Shown: positions 37,279 through 47,621 of the stretch, one piece after another
How positions within the stretch are numbered: position 1 is the first letter of the stretch
Layout of the letters: the number at the start of each line of letters is the position of its first letter
Assembly (NCBI GenBank): GCA_027080345.1
Contig: JALWSB010000042.1
Location: 22,967 to 86,966, forward strand
From: Robiginitomaculum sp.
GTDB taxonomy: Bacteria; Pseudomonadota; Alphaproteobacteria; Caulobacterales; Maricaulaceae
DNA length: 64,000 nucleotides
Direction: 5' to 3'
The notes under the pieces: generated by a model
Seen by the model: the letters and a program-made list of their open reading frames with translations, nothing else
Databases searched by the model: none
Told to the model about the DNA's origin: nothing
Made by a program: the position numbers and the translations under genes

Positions 37279-37465
37279 TTAACCCTGTTACAGAGGATCA
37301 GGAAAAATTGGGAAAATGAACCGAAATTCCATAAATATGCATTTTAATTCAATGAATTACAGGAAATTACCCGCGTCTTACTGTGTGTTGAGCGGGCCGG
37401 AAGAAATGACCCTGTACACGGCAAGACCTGCCGCAAACGCTTCTTTTGAACGGGAATAATTCGCC

Positions 37466-39595
37466 ATGTCGATCAATGCCATACTTGGAAATGCCCTGAC
37501 GGGATTGAACACCAGCCAAAGCGCGCTGCGGGCGACATCGAATAATATCAGCAATGTCAACACGGCCGGTTATGCGCGCACCAGCGTTGATCTGGTGGCG
37601 CGCAATGTTGCCGGAGCCGGCATTGGTGTTGAGGCGTCGCAATTACGGCGGATTTCCGATAACTTTCTTTTTGGTGCGTCTTTGAATGCAGCGGCGGATG
37701 AACGCTCTGCGGGCATACGCGCCGAGGTTCTTGACCGGCTGCAATCACAATTTGGTACGCCCGGCGATGCCGGTTCGCTGTTTTCACGGCTCAATGATGC
37801 CTTTGCCGAAATCGGTACGGCGGCGTTGGACCCGGCCTCTGGCGTCCGCCGCCTGACCGCGGTTAATGACATACAGTTTGTGTTTGATGATTTTGCCCGG
37901 CTGGATGGGGAAGTGCGCAATGCCCGCGCTGAAACCGAACGTCAGATCAGTGCCAATGTTGACCGGATAAACAGCCTTATCGAGCAAATACAGGCTTTGA
38001 ATGAGGATGTTTCGCGCGGCCGGATCACCGGCGATTCAACGGGTGCGGAAAACCGCCAGGCCCCTCTTATTGACGAATTGGCCGGCCTTATCGACGTCAA
38101 GGTTTCGCGTACGGAAAACGGCGCGGCGGTCCTGCGCACCACAGATGGCGTGCTTTTGCTGGGTCAGGTTGCCATTACCCTGGAGGCCCCGACCACCGGG
38201 TCAGGCAGTTTGAGTGAAACATTCACCCCCATTCAGGGGCGGACGCCATCGGGTGGCGTTGTTGATATCCAATCCCACATTAAGTCCGGCGCTCTGCATG
38301 GCCTTCTGGCTTTGCGTGACCAGAGCCTGCCACAATTGGCGCTGGAATTATCTGAACTGGCGGCCAGCACCGCAGATGCCCTCAATGAGGCACACAGCAA
38401 TGCCTCCGCTGTGCCGCCACCAGGGCAATTGACCGGCCGCAATACCGGCCTTTTATCCACGGACGCGCTGGGCTTTACCGGCAAGACCACATTGGCGCTT
38501 AGCGATAGCAGCGGCGCGCTGACCCGGCGCATCGATATTGATTTTGATGCCGGTACGTTAAGTGTTGATGGCGGCGCACCGGCGGCGTTTGCCGCCACAG
38601 TCGGTGGCATTGCCAGCGCCCTCAACACCGCCCTTGGGGCATTGGGCAGCGCCAGCTTTACCAATGGGGTCTTGGACTTAAACGCCGCGGCGGGCAATGG
38701 CTTGTCATTCTTGCAGGACGGCACCACACCATCAGCCCGCGCCGGGCGTGGCTTTGCCCACTTTTTTGGCCTCAACGCATTGGTCACCAGCGCACAACCG
38801 CACTTTTTTGAAACCGGCCTTGGCGGCACCGATGCCCATGGTCTGGCCGCCGGGGGAACCTTGTCATTTGATGTTATCAACCCCAATGGACAAACCACAA
38901 AGCAGGTCAATATCACCGTCGCCGGCACGACCATAAATGATATATTAAGCGCCCTGAACAACACCGTTTCCGGGCTTGGCTCTTTTGCCACATTCAGCCT
39001 TGATAGCAATGGCAATTTGACCAGCACACCAGTCAGCGGCGCCGAAAATTACGGTCTCCAATTAACCGACGACACCACCACGCGCGGTACAACCGGGGTC
39101 TCGTTTTCACAGCTATTTGGCCTTGGTGATGCGGTGCGCGGCACCCGCGCCAGCGCCTTTGCCATTCGTTCCGATATTGCCAATAATCCTGATCTTTTAT
39201 CCTTGGCGCAGGTAGAGGTTTCGGCCAGCACTGCGGTTGGCGATATTGTTCTTGCGCCCGGCGATGGCCGGGGCGGGCAGAACATCCAACAGGCGCTCGA
39301 AACGGTGCGTACATTTCAAAGCGCCGGTGCCTTGTCGGGGACCAACTCGTCTTTAAGCGATTTTGCCGCCCGCTTTGCCGCTGACATTGGCGCGCGCAGC
39401 AGCCGCGCGGAAAGCGAAAGTCTCGCCGCCCAGGCTTTGCGCGATGAAGCCAATGTGCGCCGGGCCAATGTTGAAGGTGTCAATATTGACGAGGAATTGG
39501 CCAACCTGACCAAATTCCAGCAATCCTATAATGCCTCGGCGCGCCTGATACAGGCTGCCAAGGAACTGACTGACACGTTATTGTCCATCATCTGA
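37466..39595 (+). CDS. flgK: Flagellar hook-associated protein 1
   Basis: 709 aa. N-terminal MSINAILGNALTGLNTSQSALRATSNNISNVNTAGYAR and a conserved C-terminal helix (LTKFQQSYNASARLIQAAKEL). Confidence 0.92.
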   Translation: MSINAILGNALTGLNTSQSALRATSNNISNVNTAGYARTSVDLVARNVAGAGIGVEASQLRRISDNFLFGASLNAAADERSAGIRAEVLDRLQSQFGTPGDAGSLFSRLNDAFAEIGTAALDPASGVRRLTAVNDIQFVFDDFARLDGEVRNARAETERQISANVDRINSLIEQIQALNEDVSRGRITGDSTGAENRQAPLIDELAGLIDVKVSRTENGAAVLRTTDGVLLLGQVAITLEAPTTGSGSLSETFTPIQGRTPSGGVVDIQSHIKSGALHGLLALRDQSLPQLALELSELAASTADALNEAHSNASAVPPPGQLTGRNTGLLSTDALGFTGKTTLALSDSSGALTRRIDIDFDAGTLSVDGGAPAAFAATVGGIASALNTALGALGSASFTNGVLDLNAAAGNGLSFLQDGTTPSARAGRGFAHFFGLNALVTSAQPHFFETGLGGTDAHGLAAGGTLSFDVINPNGQTTKQVNITVAGTTINDILSALNNTVSGLGSFATFSLDSNGNLTSTPVSGAENYGLQLTDDTTTRGTTGVSFSQLFGLGDAVRGTRASAFAIRSDIANNPDLLSLAQVEVSASTAVGDIVLAPGDGRGGQNIQQALETVRTFQSAGALSGTNSSLSDFAARFAADIGARSSRAESESLAAQALRDEANVRRANVEGVNIDEELANLTKFQQSYNASARLIQAAKELTDTLLSII

Positions 39596-39627
39596 TCGCA
39601 ACCGGATAGCCATCAAGAGAAACACCC

Positions 39628-40554
39628 ATGACCCGCATTGCCACAAATATTTCCAATCAATCCGCCTTGGCGGAACTTTTGCGCAATCAACGCGATCTGG
39701 TCACCGCGCAAAACCAGCTGGCCAGCGGTAAAAAAGCCACTGACCTTAAAGGTCTGGCAAAAGAAGCGGCCAGCCTGACATCGGCGCAAGCGCTCAAATC
39801 CCGCAATGAAGGCTTTACCCAGGCCGCCAAGGAAGTCAGTGGCCGGTTGGCGACGCAAGATCTTGCCTTGAATGAAGCGGCCGGGGCCGCCGCCGATTTA
39901 CGCCAGGCCCTGACCGATGCGCTGGCGCTGGATAATGGCAACAGCATTATGCAGCAATTGGGCGCGGTTTTTGACCGGGCCACCAATGCGCTGAACCAGA
40001 AATTTGCCGGCCGCAGTCTCTTTGGCGGCACGCGCACGGATGTTAACCCGGTTAATATTGCCACCTTGAATGATCTGGCCGCCGCGCCAACCATCGCCAG
40101 CATATTTTCCAATACGCAAGTCAAACCAACCGCGAGGGTCGAAGACGGCCCACCCTTTGAAGTTGGTTTTCTGGCCGATAAGGTCGGCACAGAACTTTTT
40201 ACCGTGATCCGCGATATCAAGGCCTTTAATGATGGCGCATCCGGGCCTTTTGGCACCAGTTTGACGGCGGCACAAAAGACCTTTTTGCAAACCACGCTGG
40301 CCAGCGTCATTACCGCCAATGACAATCTCAATATTGAGGTAAGTAAAAACGGCTTGTTGCAAAACCGGGTCAGCGCCGCGCAAGACCGTTCCGAGGGGCA
40401 GCAAAACCTGCTGGTCGGGATTATTGGCGATTTGCAGGATGCGGATCTGGCCCAGACCGCCACCCGTCTGCAACAGGCGCAGACCGCCGTTGAAGCCTCG
40501 GCGCGAACCTTTTCGCTGCTCAGCCAACTGTCCTTGTTAAATTTCCTGCGCTAA
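39628..40554 (+). CDS. flgL: Flagellar hook-associated protein 3
   Basis: 308 aa flagellin-like protein directly after flgK. Confidence 0.85.
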   Translation: MTRIATNISNQSALAELLRNQRDLVTAQNQLASGKKATDLKGLAKEAASLTSAQALKSRNEGFTQAAKEVSGRLATQDLALNEAAGAAADLRQALTDALALDNGNSIMQQLGAVFDRATNALNQKFAGRSLFGGTRTDVNPVNIATLNDLAAAPTIASIFSNTQVKPTARVEDGPPFEVGFLADKVGTELFTVIRDIKAFNDGASGPFGTSLTAAQKTFLQTTLASVITANDNLNIEVSKNGLLQNRVSAAQDRSEGQQNLLVGIIGDLQDADLAQTATRLQQAQTAVEASARTFSLLSQLSLLNFLR

Positions 40555-40598
40555 GCATTGTGTGAAATACCCACACAAACGCCATAGCAGGTTTTCCC

Positions 40599-41729
40599 AT
40601 GATTCATATTTCCAGCGCTTTTGATGCGGGGAATATCAGCGTCATCACCGCCGATAACCCCCAAGACATACAGCTTGCCATCAACACCGATCATAATTCA
40701 CATTTTTATCAATGGTTCTATTTTCGCCTGACCGGCGCGCGCGGTGTACCGTGCCATGCGCGGCTGATGAATGCGGGCGGGTCGGCCTATGCCAAGGGCT
40801 GGGAAGATTACCGCCCGGTGGCCTCCTATGATCGGGAGCACTGGTTTCGGCTGGATGCCAGTTTTGACGGCAGCGTCCTTGATATAACCTTTACCCCGGA
40901 CGAAGATGCCATCTGGATTGCCTATTTCGCCCCCTATTCCATGCAGCGCCATGCGGATTTAATCGCCAGTGTTCAAAGCGCGCCGCGGGTGCGCCTGTCG
41001 GTCCTTGGGCAAACGCTGGACGGCCAGGATATGGACCTGTTGCATATTTCAGACGGCCATGATGGGGATAAAAAAACCTGCTGGATTATCGCCCGCCAGC
41101 ATCCAGGCGAAAGCATGGCCGAATGGTGGATGGAAGGCTTTATTGCCCGCCTTATCGACGAGACCGATCCGGTGGCGCGCGAGCTGTTAAAACGCTGTGA
41201 TTTTTATGTTGTGCCCAATATGAACCCGGACGGTTCGCGGCGCGGGCATTTGCGCACCAATGCTGCCGGGGCCAATCTTAATCGCGAATGGGACAAGCCG
41301 GATATGGCCCGCTCACCCGAAGTCTTTCTGGTGCGTGAGAAAATGCGCGCAACCGGGGCGCAGTTTTGTCTTGATGTGCACGGCGACGAGGCCCTGCCTT
41401 ATAATTTCATCGCCGGGGCTGAGGGTACGCCAGGGTGGAATGATAAACGGGCCAAACAATTGGCCGCCTTCAAACAGGCGCTGGTTCAGGTCAGCCCGGA
41501 TTTTCAGACCGCGCACGGCTATCCGGTATCGCCCCCCGGCACCGCTGATATGAGCATGTGTACCAATTGGACCGCCGAAGAATTTTCCTGTCTTTCCATG
41601 ACATTGGAAATGCCGTTTAAAGATACGGTGGAGACCCCCGATGAAAATCAGGGCTGGTCGCCGGAACGGTCCGGCGCGCTTGGCAGTGCCATGCTCGATG
41701 CCCTGTGGGCGCAAATCGATAATTTTTAA
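40599..41729 (+). CDS. M14 zinc carboxypeptidase, cytosolic-carboxypeptidase-like (no signal peptide)
   Basis: 376 aa. An N-terminal beta-rich domain followed by the M14 zinc motif ARQHPGESMAEWWMEGF and later HGDE. Confidence 0.75.
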   Translation: MIHISSAFDAGNISVITADNPQDIQLAINTDHNSHFYQWFYFRLTGARGVPCHARLMNAGGSAYAKGWEDYRPVASYDREHWFRLDASFDGSVLDITFTPDEDAIWIAYFAPYSMQRHADLIASVQSAPRVRLSVLGQTLDGQDMDLLHISDGHDGDKKTCWIIARQHPGESMAEWWMEGFIARLIDETDPVARELLKRCDFYVVPNMNPDGSRRGHLRTNAAGANLNREWDKPDMARSPEVFLVREKMRATGAQFCLDVHGDEALPYNFIAGAEGTPGWNDKRAKQLAAFKQALVQVSPDFQTAHGYPVSPPGTADMSMCTNWTAEEFSCLSMTLEMPFKDTVETPDENQGWSPERSGALGSAMLDALWAQIDNF

Positions 41730-42892
41730 ACGCCAAAGGCTGAAAAATAGCGCTCCAGAATACGTTCATATATTGCGCTTAACGTTTCGATGTCTTGCGT
41801 TGGCACGTGCTCATTAACCTTGTGCATGCTGGCCCCGGCGAGGCCAAATTCGGCCACCGGTGCAAACGCCTTGATAAAGCGCGCATCCGATGTGCCGCCG
41901 CCCGTGGTCAGGGCCGGGCGCGTGCCCGCCACCTCTTCCACCGCATCTTGCAAAAGCGTCGTAAAATCACCCGGCGGGGTTAAAAACGCCTCGCCCATAA
42001 CCCGTAAATCAAGATCGACCCGGCACCCGTGCGCCGCTTCTTCGGCGCGCGCCTCGGTCTCTATCCAGCGCCGCAATTGCGCCCCGGTATGGGTGACATT
42101 AAAGCGGATGTTCAGGCGCGCACTGGCCCGTTCGGGAATAATATTATGGGCCGGGTTATCCACATCAATACTGGTCACCTCCAGATTGGAGGGCTGAAAA
42201 TCATCGGTGCCATCATCAAGCAGCCGCGCATAAAGGCGGTTGATGATGTCGATCAGCGGCGGAATGGGGTTTTGCGCCCGCTCCGGGTAAGCCACATGAC
42301 CTTGTGTACCGGTCACGGTAATAATCGCATTCAAAGACCCACGGCGGCCGTTTTTGATTTCCTCACCCAAATAATGCGGATTGGACGGCTCACCCACCAG
42401 ACAATGATCAAAGCGTTCGCCCGCCTCATCAAGCGCCGCCAATACCCGTTTGGTGCCGTTGACCGCCTCGCCTTCCTCATCGCCAGTGATAAGCAGGCTG
42501 ATCGAGCCGGGCAGCGGGTCGGTTTTGGCGCTATAGCGCGCCGCCGCGCCGATAAAAGCGGCAATCGCCCCTTTCATATCCGCCGCGCCGCGGCCCCATA
42601 ATTTTCCATCCTCAATGTTGGCATCAAACGGCCCATGCGCCCAGGCCGTAACATCTCCCGCTGGCACCACATCCGTATGCCCGGCAAAACAAAAATCAGG
42701 CGCTTTATCACCAAGCCGGGCGTAAATATTACGCACCCCGTCAAAATCATAAGGCGTAACGCTAAACCCCAAGGCCTGTAATTGGTCGATCAGAATAGTC
42801 ATCGCCCCGTCATCGGCGGGGGTCACAGAGCGGCAGCGGATCAGCCGCGCCGCCAGTTCGAGCGGATCAGGCGCTTCAAGCCCCGCTGCCAT
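41726..42892 (-). CDS. dapE: Succinyl-diaminopimelate desuccinylase
   Basis: 388 aa M20 peptidase (FAGHTDVVPAG..., GRGAADMKG..., GDEEG). Confidence 0.88.
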   Translation of the reverse strand: MAAGLEAPDPLELAARLIRCRSVTPADDGAMTILIDQLQALGFSVTPYDFDGVRNIYARLGDKAPDFCFAGHTDVVPAGDVTAWAHGPFDANIEDGKLWGRGAADMKGAIAAFIGAAARYSAKTDPLPGSISLLITGDEEGEAVNGTKRVLAALDEAGERFDHCLVGEPSNPHYLGEEIKNGRRGSLNAIITVTGTQGHVAYPERAQNPIPPLIDIINRLYARLLDDGTDDFQPSNLEVTSIDVDNPAHNIIPERASARLNIRFNVTHTGAQLRRWIETEARAEEAAHGCRVDLDLRVMGEAFLTPPGDFTTLLQDAVEEVAGTRPALTTGGGTSDARFIKAFAPVAEFGLAGASMHKVNEHVPTQDIETLSAIYERILERYFSAFGV

Positions 42893-43686
42893 CAGGCATT
42901 GGCCTTGTTAATCAGCGCCAGTAATTGCGGCTGAATCTGCGCATTGCCGGCAATAATAATGGCCGGATCGATGGTGTTTTCGCCCGTATCATCGCCGACA
43001 AGACCGCCTGCCTCGCGGACAATCAGCGCCCCGGCCGCAACGTCCCAAAGCTGTATATTACGCTCCCAATAACCGTCATAACGCCCCGCCGCCAGCCAGC
43101 AAAGATCCAGCGCCGCAGAGCCAAAGCGCCGTACGCTGGCCACATGCGGGGTAATTCTGTGCAGCTCTTTTAAAAACCGCGCATGACCGGGCCTGCCCAT
43201 ATGCGGAATACCGGTGGCAATCACCGCATCGGCCATAAGGGCCCGCGATGACACCTCCAGCCGCCGGTCGTTTAAAAACGCGCCTTTAAAGCGCTCGGCG
43301 CGAAACATCTCGTCGCGCATGGGGTCATAAACCACCCCGGCGACAATTTCGCCTTCGCGCTCCAGGGCGATGGAAATGGAAAAATGCGGAATCGCATGTA
43401 AAAAATTGGTGGTGCCATCCAGCGGGTCGATGATGAACCGGTGACTGGGGTCCGTACCCTTGACCGCGCCGCTCTCTTCAAGCAAGAACCCGTAACCGGG
43501 GCGCTTTTCTTCAAGCACCTCGACAAGTATACGTTCCGCCGCCTTATCCGCCGCCGAGACGAAATCCGCCGGGCCTTTTTTGGAGACCTGGAGGTTTTCC
43601 ACCTCACCAAAATCACGATTGAGCTTACGCGCCGCCTTGCGCGCCGCGTCCATCATAATATTTAAAAGTGCCGAAGCCTGTGCCAT
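42892..43686 (-). CDS. Inositol monophosphatase family protein (SuhB-like)
   Basis: 264 aa with IMPase motifs (LLEESG, IDPLDGTTNF, WDVAAG). Confidence 0.85.
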   Translation of the reverse strand: MAQASALLNIMMDAARKAARKLNRDFGEVENLQVSKKGPADFVSAADKAAERILVEVLEEKRPGYGFLLEESGAVKGTDPSHRFIIDPLDGTTNFLHAIPHFSISIALEREGEIVAGVVYDPMRDEMFRAERFKGAFLNDRRLEVSSRALMADAVIATGIPHMGRPGHARFLKELHRITPHVASVRRFGSAALDLCWLAAGRYDGYWERNIQLWDVAAGALIVREAGGLVGDDTGENTIDPAIIIAGNAQIQPQLLALINKANA

Positions 43687-43691
43687 GAGAC

Positions 43692-44255
43692 CTAGTCCGC
43701 CCGGCGCACATAAGTGCCGTCACTGGTGGAAACAATAATTTTTTCGCCCACGCCAACAAACGGGGGCACAGTGGTCCGGATACCGTTTTCCAGTGTTGCG
43801 GGTTTAAATGAATTGGCCGCCGTCTGGCCTTTGACCACCGGCTCCGTATCGGCCACTTCCAAAGTGACGTGTTCGGGAATGCTCAGGGCGATCGGGCGCT
43901 CTTCATGAAATTCAATGGTTACGGCCATGCCGTCCTGCAAATAGTTTTGCGCATCGCCAACAAAGTCTTTCAGCAGTTCGACCTGTTCAAAACTGGTCGA
44001 ATCCATAAACGCCAGCGTGTCGCCATTGTCGTACAAAAAAGTATGGTCTTTTTGTTCAAGGCGAACCTTTTCCACTGTTTCGGAGGCGCGGAACCGCTCG
44101 TTAAGTTTGCGGCCATCTTCCAAATTTTTCAGCTCGACCTGATTAAAGGCCCCGCCCTTACCCGGTTTGACCGCATTGCATTTTACCGCAACCCATAATC
44201 CGTTTTGATGCTGGATAATATTACCCGGCTTGATCTCATTACCATTGATTTTCAT
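43692..44255 (-). CDS. efp: Elongation factor P
   Basis: ORF 43692..44615 trimmed to ATG 44255, giving 187 aa ([44 protein letters not shown]...). Confidence 0.92.
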   Translation of the reverse strand: MKINGNEIKPGNIIQHQNGLWVAVKCNAVKPGKGGAFNQVELKNLEDGRKLNERFRASETVEKVRLEQKDHTFLYDNGDTLAFMDSTSFEQVELLKDFVGDAQNYLQDGMAVTIEFHEERPIALSIPEHVTLEVADTEPVVKGQTAANSFKPATLENGIRTTVPPFVGVGEKIIVSTSDGTYVRRAD

Positions 44256-44289
44256 AAGGCACCCACATAGCGACTGTTCACCGGGTGCT

Positions 44290-45438
44290 CTAGCGGGGGT
44301 CCGCATTGCGGTCAAGCGATGCGCTGTTGGCAAAGACCAGTAAAGGCTGGCGCGCAATCTCTTCAATGCGGGCGCGGGTCGGACCGGGCAAAGAGCGCGC
44401 CAGCGCCAATGCCAGATCCCGACGAGTGCCGTCTTCGGGATCGTCTCGCACCGCGCGCACGGCCCATTCATAGGCCGCCTCGCGATTTTGCAACACCCCT
44501 TCACCCTTGGCCAGCGCCACCGCATAAAGATATTGCCCTTCGCCATCACCGGCCAGCGCGCCTTTACGAAACCAGCGCGCCGCCTTGGCCAAAAGGGGTG
44601 GTTTTTGGTGGGCAATATAAAGCCCCCAGGCGGTCATACCTTCAGGCAGGCCCGCGTGCGCTGCCTGGCGTAATAACGGCGCGGCGGCGGCCTCATCATG
44701 AATTTTGCCTTGCGGATCGGCCAAGGCAATGCCGCCGCGATAGGCAGCGCGGGCATTCCCATCCATCGCCGCCTGACGATAAAGTGAAACAGCGGCCGCT
44801 TCTTTGCCCTGCATATAATAAAGATCAGCCAGGCGGCGTTTGGCCTCGGTACTGCCATCGGCCACGGCGGCAAGAAACCAGCGTTTTGCCTCCTCTTCGT
44901 CCAAGGGTCCGCCCATGCCCGATAAAAATACCTGACCAAGGACAATTTTGGCTTCAACCGACTTTTTAGCCGCCGCCTGGCGCAAGAATGCCCGCCCGTC
45001 ACCGGCCGCCAAACCGCCCTGATTCTCAAACGCCATATGCGCCAGCGCCAGCAAAGCCCCGACCTCGCCTTTTTGCGCCGCCGCGCGATACCAGCGCACC
45101 GCGCCTACCGTATCAACCGCGCCGCCAAGGCCGCTACGCAGTAAATGCGCATAAAGGAACATATCAGCACCGATACCGGCTTCGGCACCGGTGGCGGCCA
45201 GCCGCCGCGCCATATCATATTTTTTTTGCGTGAACGCCTCAGCGGCAACAGTATTATTGGCCTCAAATGTCTGCTTGGAAAATTCAGGGATTTCAATCGG
45301 CGGCGGCAAATCCTGCGGATCGAGAACAATACCCTCTTCGAATGACAAAGGCACATTGGGATCGTCATCGGCGACCTGCGCAACCGCCGTGCCGGACCAC
45401 ACGGCGCCCAAAATCAACAAGGCGGCAACACCCCTCAC
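44290..45438 (-). CDS. Exported Sel1-like (SLR/TPR) repeat protein
   Basis: Repeated Sel1 modules (..A..WYR.AA..G...A...LA..Y..G.G). Start trimmed to GTG 45438 ([21 protein letters not shown], a signal peptide), which overlaps the thiE stop as GTGA. Confidence 0.7.
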   Translation of the reverse strand: MRGVAALLILGAVWSGTAVAQVADDDPNVPLSFEEGIVLDPQDLPPPIEIPEFSKQTFEANNTVAAEAFTQKKYDMARRLAATGAEAGIGADMFLYAHLLRSGLGGAVDTVGAVRWYRAAAQKGEVGALLALAHMAFENQGGLAAGDGRAFLRQAAAKKSVEAKIVLGQVFLSGMGGPLDEEEAKRWFLAAVADGSTEAKRRLADLYYMQGKEAAAVSLYRQAAMDGNARAAYRGGIALADPQGKIHDEAAAAPLLRQAAHAGLPEGMTAWGLYIAHQKPPLLAKAARWFRKGALAGDGEGQYLYAVALAKGEGVLQNREAAYEWAVRAVRDDPEDGTRRDLALALARSLPGPTRARIEEIARQPLLVFANSASLDRNADPR

Positions 45439-46067
45439 GCTGCGTCCATGGCGGCGTTCAGCGCCCTGACCGCCTGCGCCGGTCCATCCGCATCCGACCA
45501 AACGCCGGAACAGACGGCCAGAAAATCCGCGCCTGCGCGCACCAAAGGGGCGCAATTGCCCGCCGTTATGCCACCAATTGCCACACATGGGATTTCAAAT
45601 AACTCCGACCACCAACTTAATATATCTGTTGTTGCCTGCATTTTAGGCGTTTTCGTGGCGCTTTCAAAAAAAGCGCCAAAAGCTACATAATCCGCCCCGG
45701 CCTCGCCTGCCAACATTGCCAGATGACGCGAATTATGCGCCGTAACGCCAATGGTTTTTTGTGGACCCAGCAAAGCCCGGGCCTTGACCGCCGGTGTATC
45801 CTCCTGACCCAAATGCACCCCGTCAGCATCCAGTTTGTGCGCCAGATCAGCCCGGTCATTGATCAACACCGCGACATTGCGGGCAAAGGCCACCGGTGCC
45901 AAATGTTCGTAAGCGCGGCAGACCATATCATCATCACAGTCTTTCAGGCGAATCTGCAAAGCCGCCACCGGCCCGGCATCCAGCGCCCCGGCCAGCACAT
46001 CGGCAAAGGCCGCCACATTGTTGATGGACGGCGGCGTTATCAGGTAAAGCTCGCATTTTTTTGTCAT
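45435..46067 (-). CDS. thiE: Thiamine-phosphate synthase
   Basis: 210 aa TMP-TENI family (LQIRLKD..., [11 protein letters not shown]). Confidence 0.85.
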   Translation of the reverse strand: MTKKCELYLITPPSINNVAAFADVLAGALDAGPVAALQIRLKDCDDDMVCRAYEHLAPVAFARNVAVLINDRADLAHKLDADGVHLGQEDTPAVKARALLGPQKTIGVTAHNSRHLAMLAGEAGADYVAFGAFFESATKTPKMQATTDILSWWSELFEIPCVAIGGITAGNCAPLVRAGADFLAVCSGVWSDADGPAQAVRALNAAMDAA

Positions 46068-46144
46068 ACCTGCTCATAGCGCACCCGGCGCGCGCCGCCT
46101 AGATCATGTTGACACTCAGCTTGAGAGAGGCTACCCGCCGCCCC

Positions 46145-47002
46145 ATGAGCACGAAACCACACATACTCAACACGCTGGATGATATCAGCGATAATTATGA
46201 CGCCGTCTTATGCGATGTCTGGGGGGTGCTGCATAATGGCCGCGCCGCTTTTGATGATGCGGTGCAGGCATTGAGTCGATTTCGCCAGGCCGGGGGCTTT
46301 GTTGTGCTTTTGACCAATGCGCCGCGCCCGATGTTTGAAATACCCCCGCAGCTTAGGTCCCTGGGCGTGCCAGACAGCACCTGGGATGATATCGTTACCT
46401 CCGGTGATGCCACCCGGGCGTTGATGATGGCGCGGGCGCCGGGGCCGGTTTTTGCCCTTGGCCCGACCAAGGATGCCCGGCTTTATGACGGCACCGGCCT
46501 TGCCTTTGGGTCATTGCAAGAGGCCACATTCATCTCCTGCACCGGGTTTGATGATGACACCCACCAGACACCAGACGATTACAGCGCGCTTTTGCAAGAA
46601 GCCCGTGCGCTTGATCTGCCGATGATTTGCGCCAATCCTGATATCATGGTGCACCTTGGGGACAAGTTGATTTATTGTGGCGGCGCGCTGGCCAAAGCCT
46701 ATGCCGACCTTGGTGGCACGGTCGCCTTTGCCGGCAAGCCGCACGCACCGATTTACCAGTTGGCCTTTGACAAAATTGCACAATTGGCGGGAAAACCCAC
46801 CGAGCGGGCGCGCATTCTGGCCATTGGCGATGGCCTACCAACCGATATTGCCGGGGCGCAGGCCATGGGTCTTGATTGCCTTTTTATCACCGGTGGTTTG
46901 CACCAGGAGCATTTTCAAAATGGTCTTGATGCGGGTGCGGTGGCCAAACTTCTCGCCGCACACAAAACCTGCGCACGATATGCCCTGGACACATTGCGTT
47001 AG
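46145..47002 (+). CDS. HAD-IIA family hydrolase (TIGR01459-like)
   Basis: Motif I CDVWGV, LLTNAPR, and C-terminal GDGLPTDI. TTG start 46106 trimmed to ATG 46145. Confidence 0.75.
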   Translation: MSTKPHILNTLDDISDNYDAVLCDVWGVLHNGRAAFDDAVQALSRFRQAGGFVVLLTNAPRPMFEIPPQLRSLGVPDSTWDDIVTSGDATRALMMARAPGPVFALGPTKDARLYDGTGLAFGSLQEATFISCTGFDDDTHQTPDDYSALLQEARALDLPMICANPDIMVHLGDKLIYCGGALAKAYADLGGTVAFAGKPHAPIYQLAFDKIAQLAGKPTERARILAIGDGLPTDIAGAQAMGLDCLFITGGLHQEHFQNGLDAGAVAKLLAAHKTCARYALDTLR

Positions 47003-47011
47003 CGCGTAAAT

Positions 47012-47431
47012 TTATTCCGCGTCATCATCAATCATCAACGCTTCACTGCGCGGCGCGCTGATGGCAATAATAAACCCCGACGCCATATTGAGCAGCACCA
47101 TCACGGTGATGAGAAAAAACAAGGATGAGGCAAATGCCGAAAAGAGAAGAAACTCGATCAGGCAGATAATAAAAATAGCCAGCAGCAAGGCCTGACGGAT
47201 AATCGCCGCGCGACCTTCAGACGGCGCTTTGAGCATTTCGGCGAACAACATGAGAAGGGCGATAATCATCACCACATCCCCCGATGTCACCACCCACATA
47301 GCCCCGGACGCCATGGGAATGGCAAAGCGTGCGCTTTGCAAAGAAGCCAACGCGCCCTGCGGGCCGGCACCAAACGCCATCACATTATAGATAAGCACTG
47401 GTATCGCCATCAATGGAAAAAGATTAAGCAT
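47012..47431 (-). CDS. Small polytopic membrane protein, unknown function
   Basis: Trimmed to ATG 47431 (MLNLFPLMAIPVLIYNVMAF...). Four hydrophobic helices and an acidic C-terminus. Confidence 0.5.
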   Translation of the reverse strand: MLNLFPLMAIPVLIYNVMAFGAGPQGALASLQSARFAIPMASGAMWVVTSGDVVMIIALLMLFAEMLKAPSEGRAAIIRQALLLAIFIICLIEFLLFSAFASSLFFLITVMVLLNMASGFIIAISAPRSEALMIDDDAE

Positions 47432-47536
47432 GCCTGCCCCCGCCACTCCTGAACACGCGCAGTCTAGCGGCCAGTGGCCGAAAAATCCATATCGAAGATT
47501 GCTTTTGTCCGGGGGGAGCGAACCCGCCACAAGGAT

Positions 47537-47621
47537 CGCCATGCCTTAACTACCGCGCGGGGGGACAAATCCGGTTGGTAACCAAACGACCCCGGGGAGG
47601 GTATGGTTTTAAGGCATGGCG
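47537..47621. other. Long hairpin (13-bp perfect terminal stem) in the MAPEG / membrane-protein intergenic region
   Basis: CGCCATGCCTTAA ... TTAAGGCATGGCG enclose 59 nt that contain further palindromes (CCGCGCGG, CCCCGGGG). Confidence 0.4.

Noticed and set aside
43692-44615. Long N-terminal extensions offered by the ORF track: efp to 44615, MAPEG to 48367, thioesterase to 56534, SDR to 8168, Sel1 to 45588, GCS2 to 53025, FGase-like to 53767, membrane protein to 47542, MCP to 3496.
   Set aside because: The extensions start at TTG or at distant codons and overlap the neighbouring gene. They translate to Arg/Cys/Trp-rich sequence unlike the family N-termini. Internal ATG/GTG starts give canonical protein lengths, signal peptides, RBS matches or ATGA/GTGA coupling.
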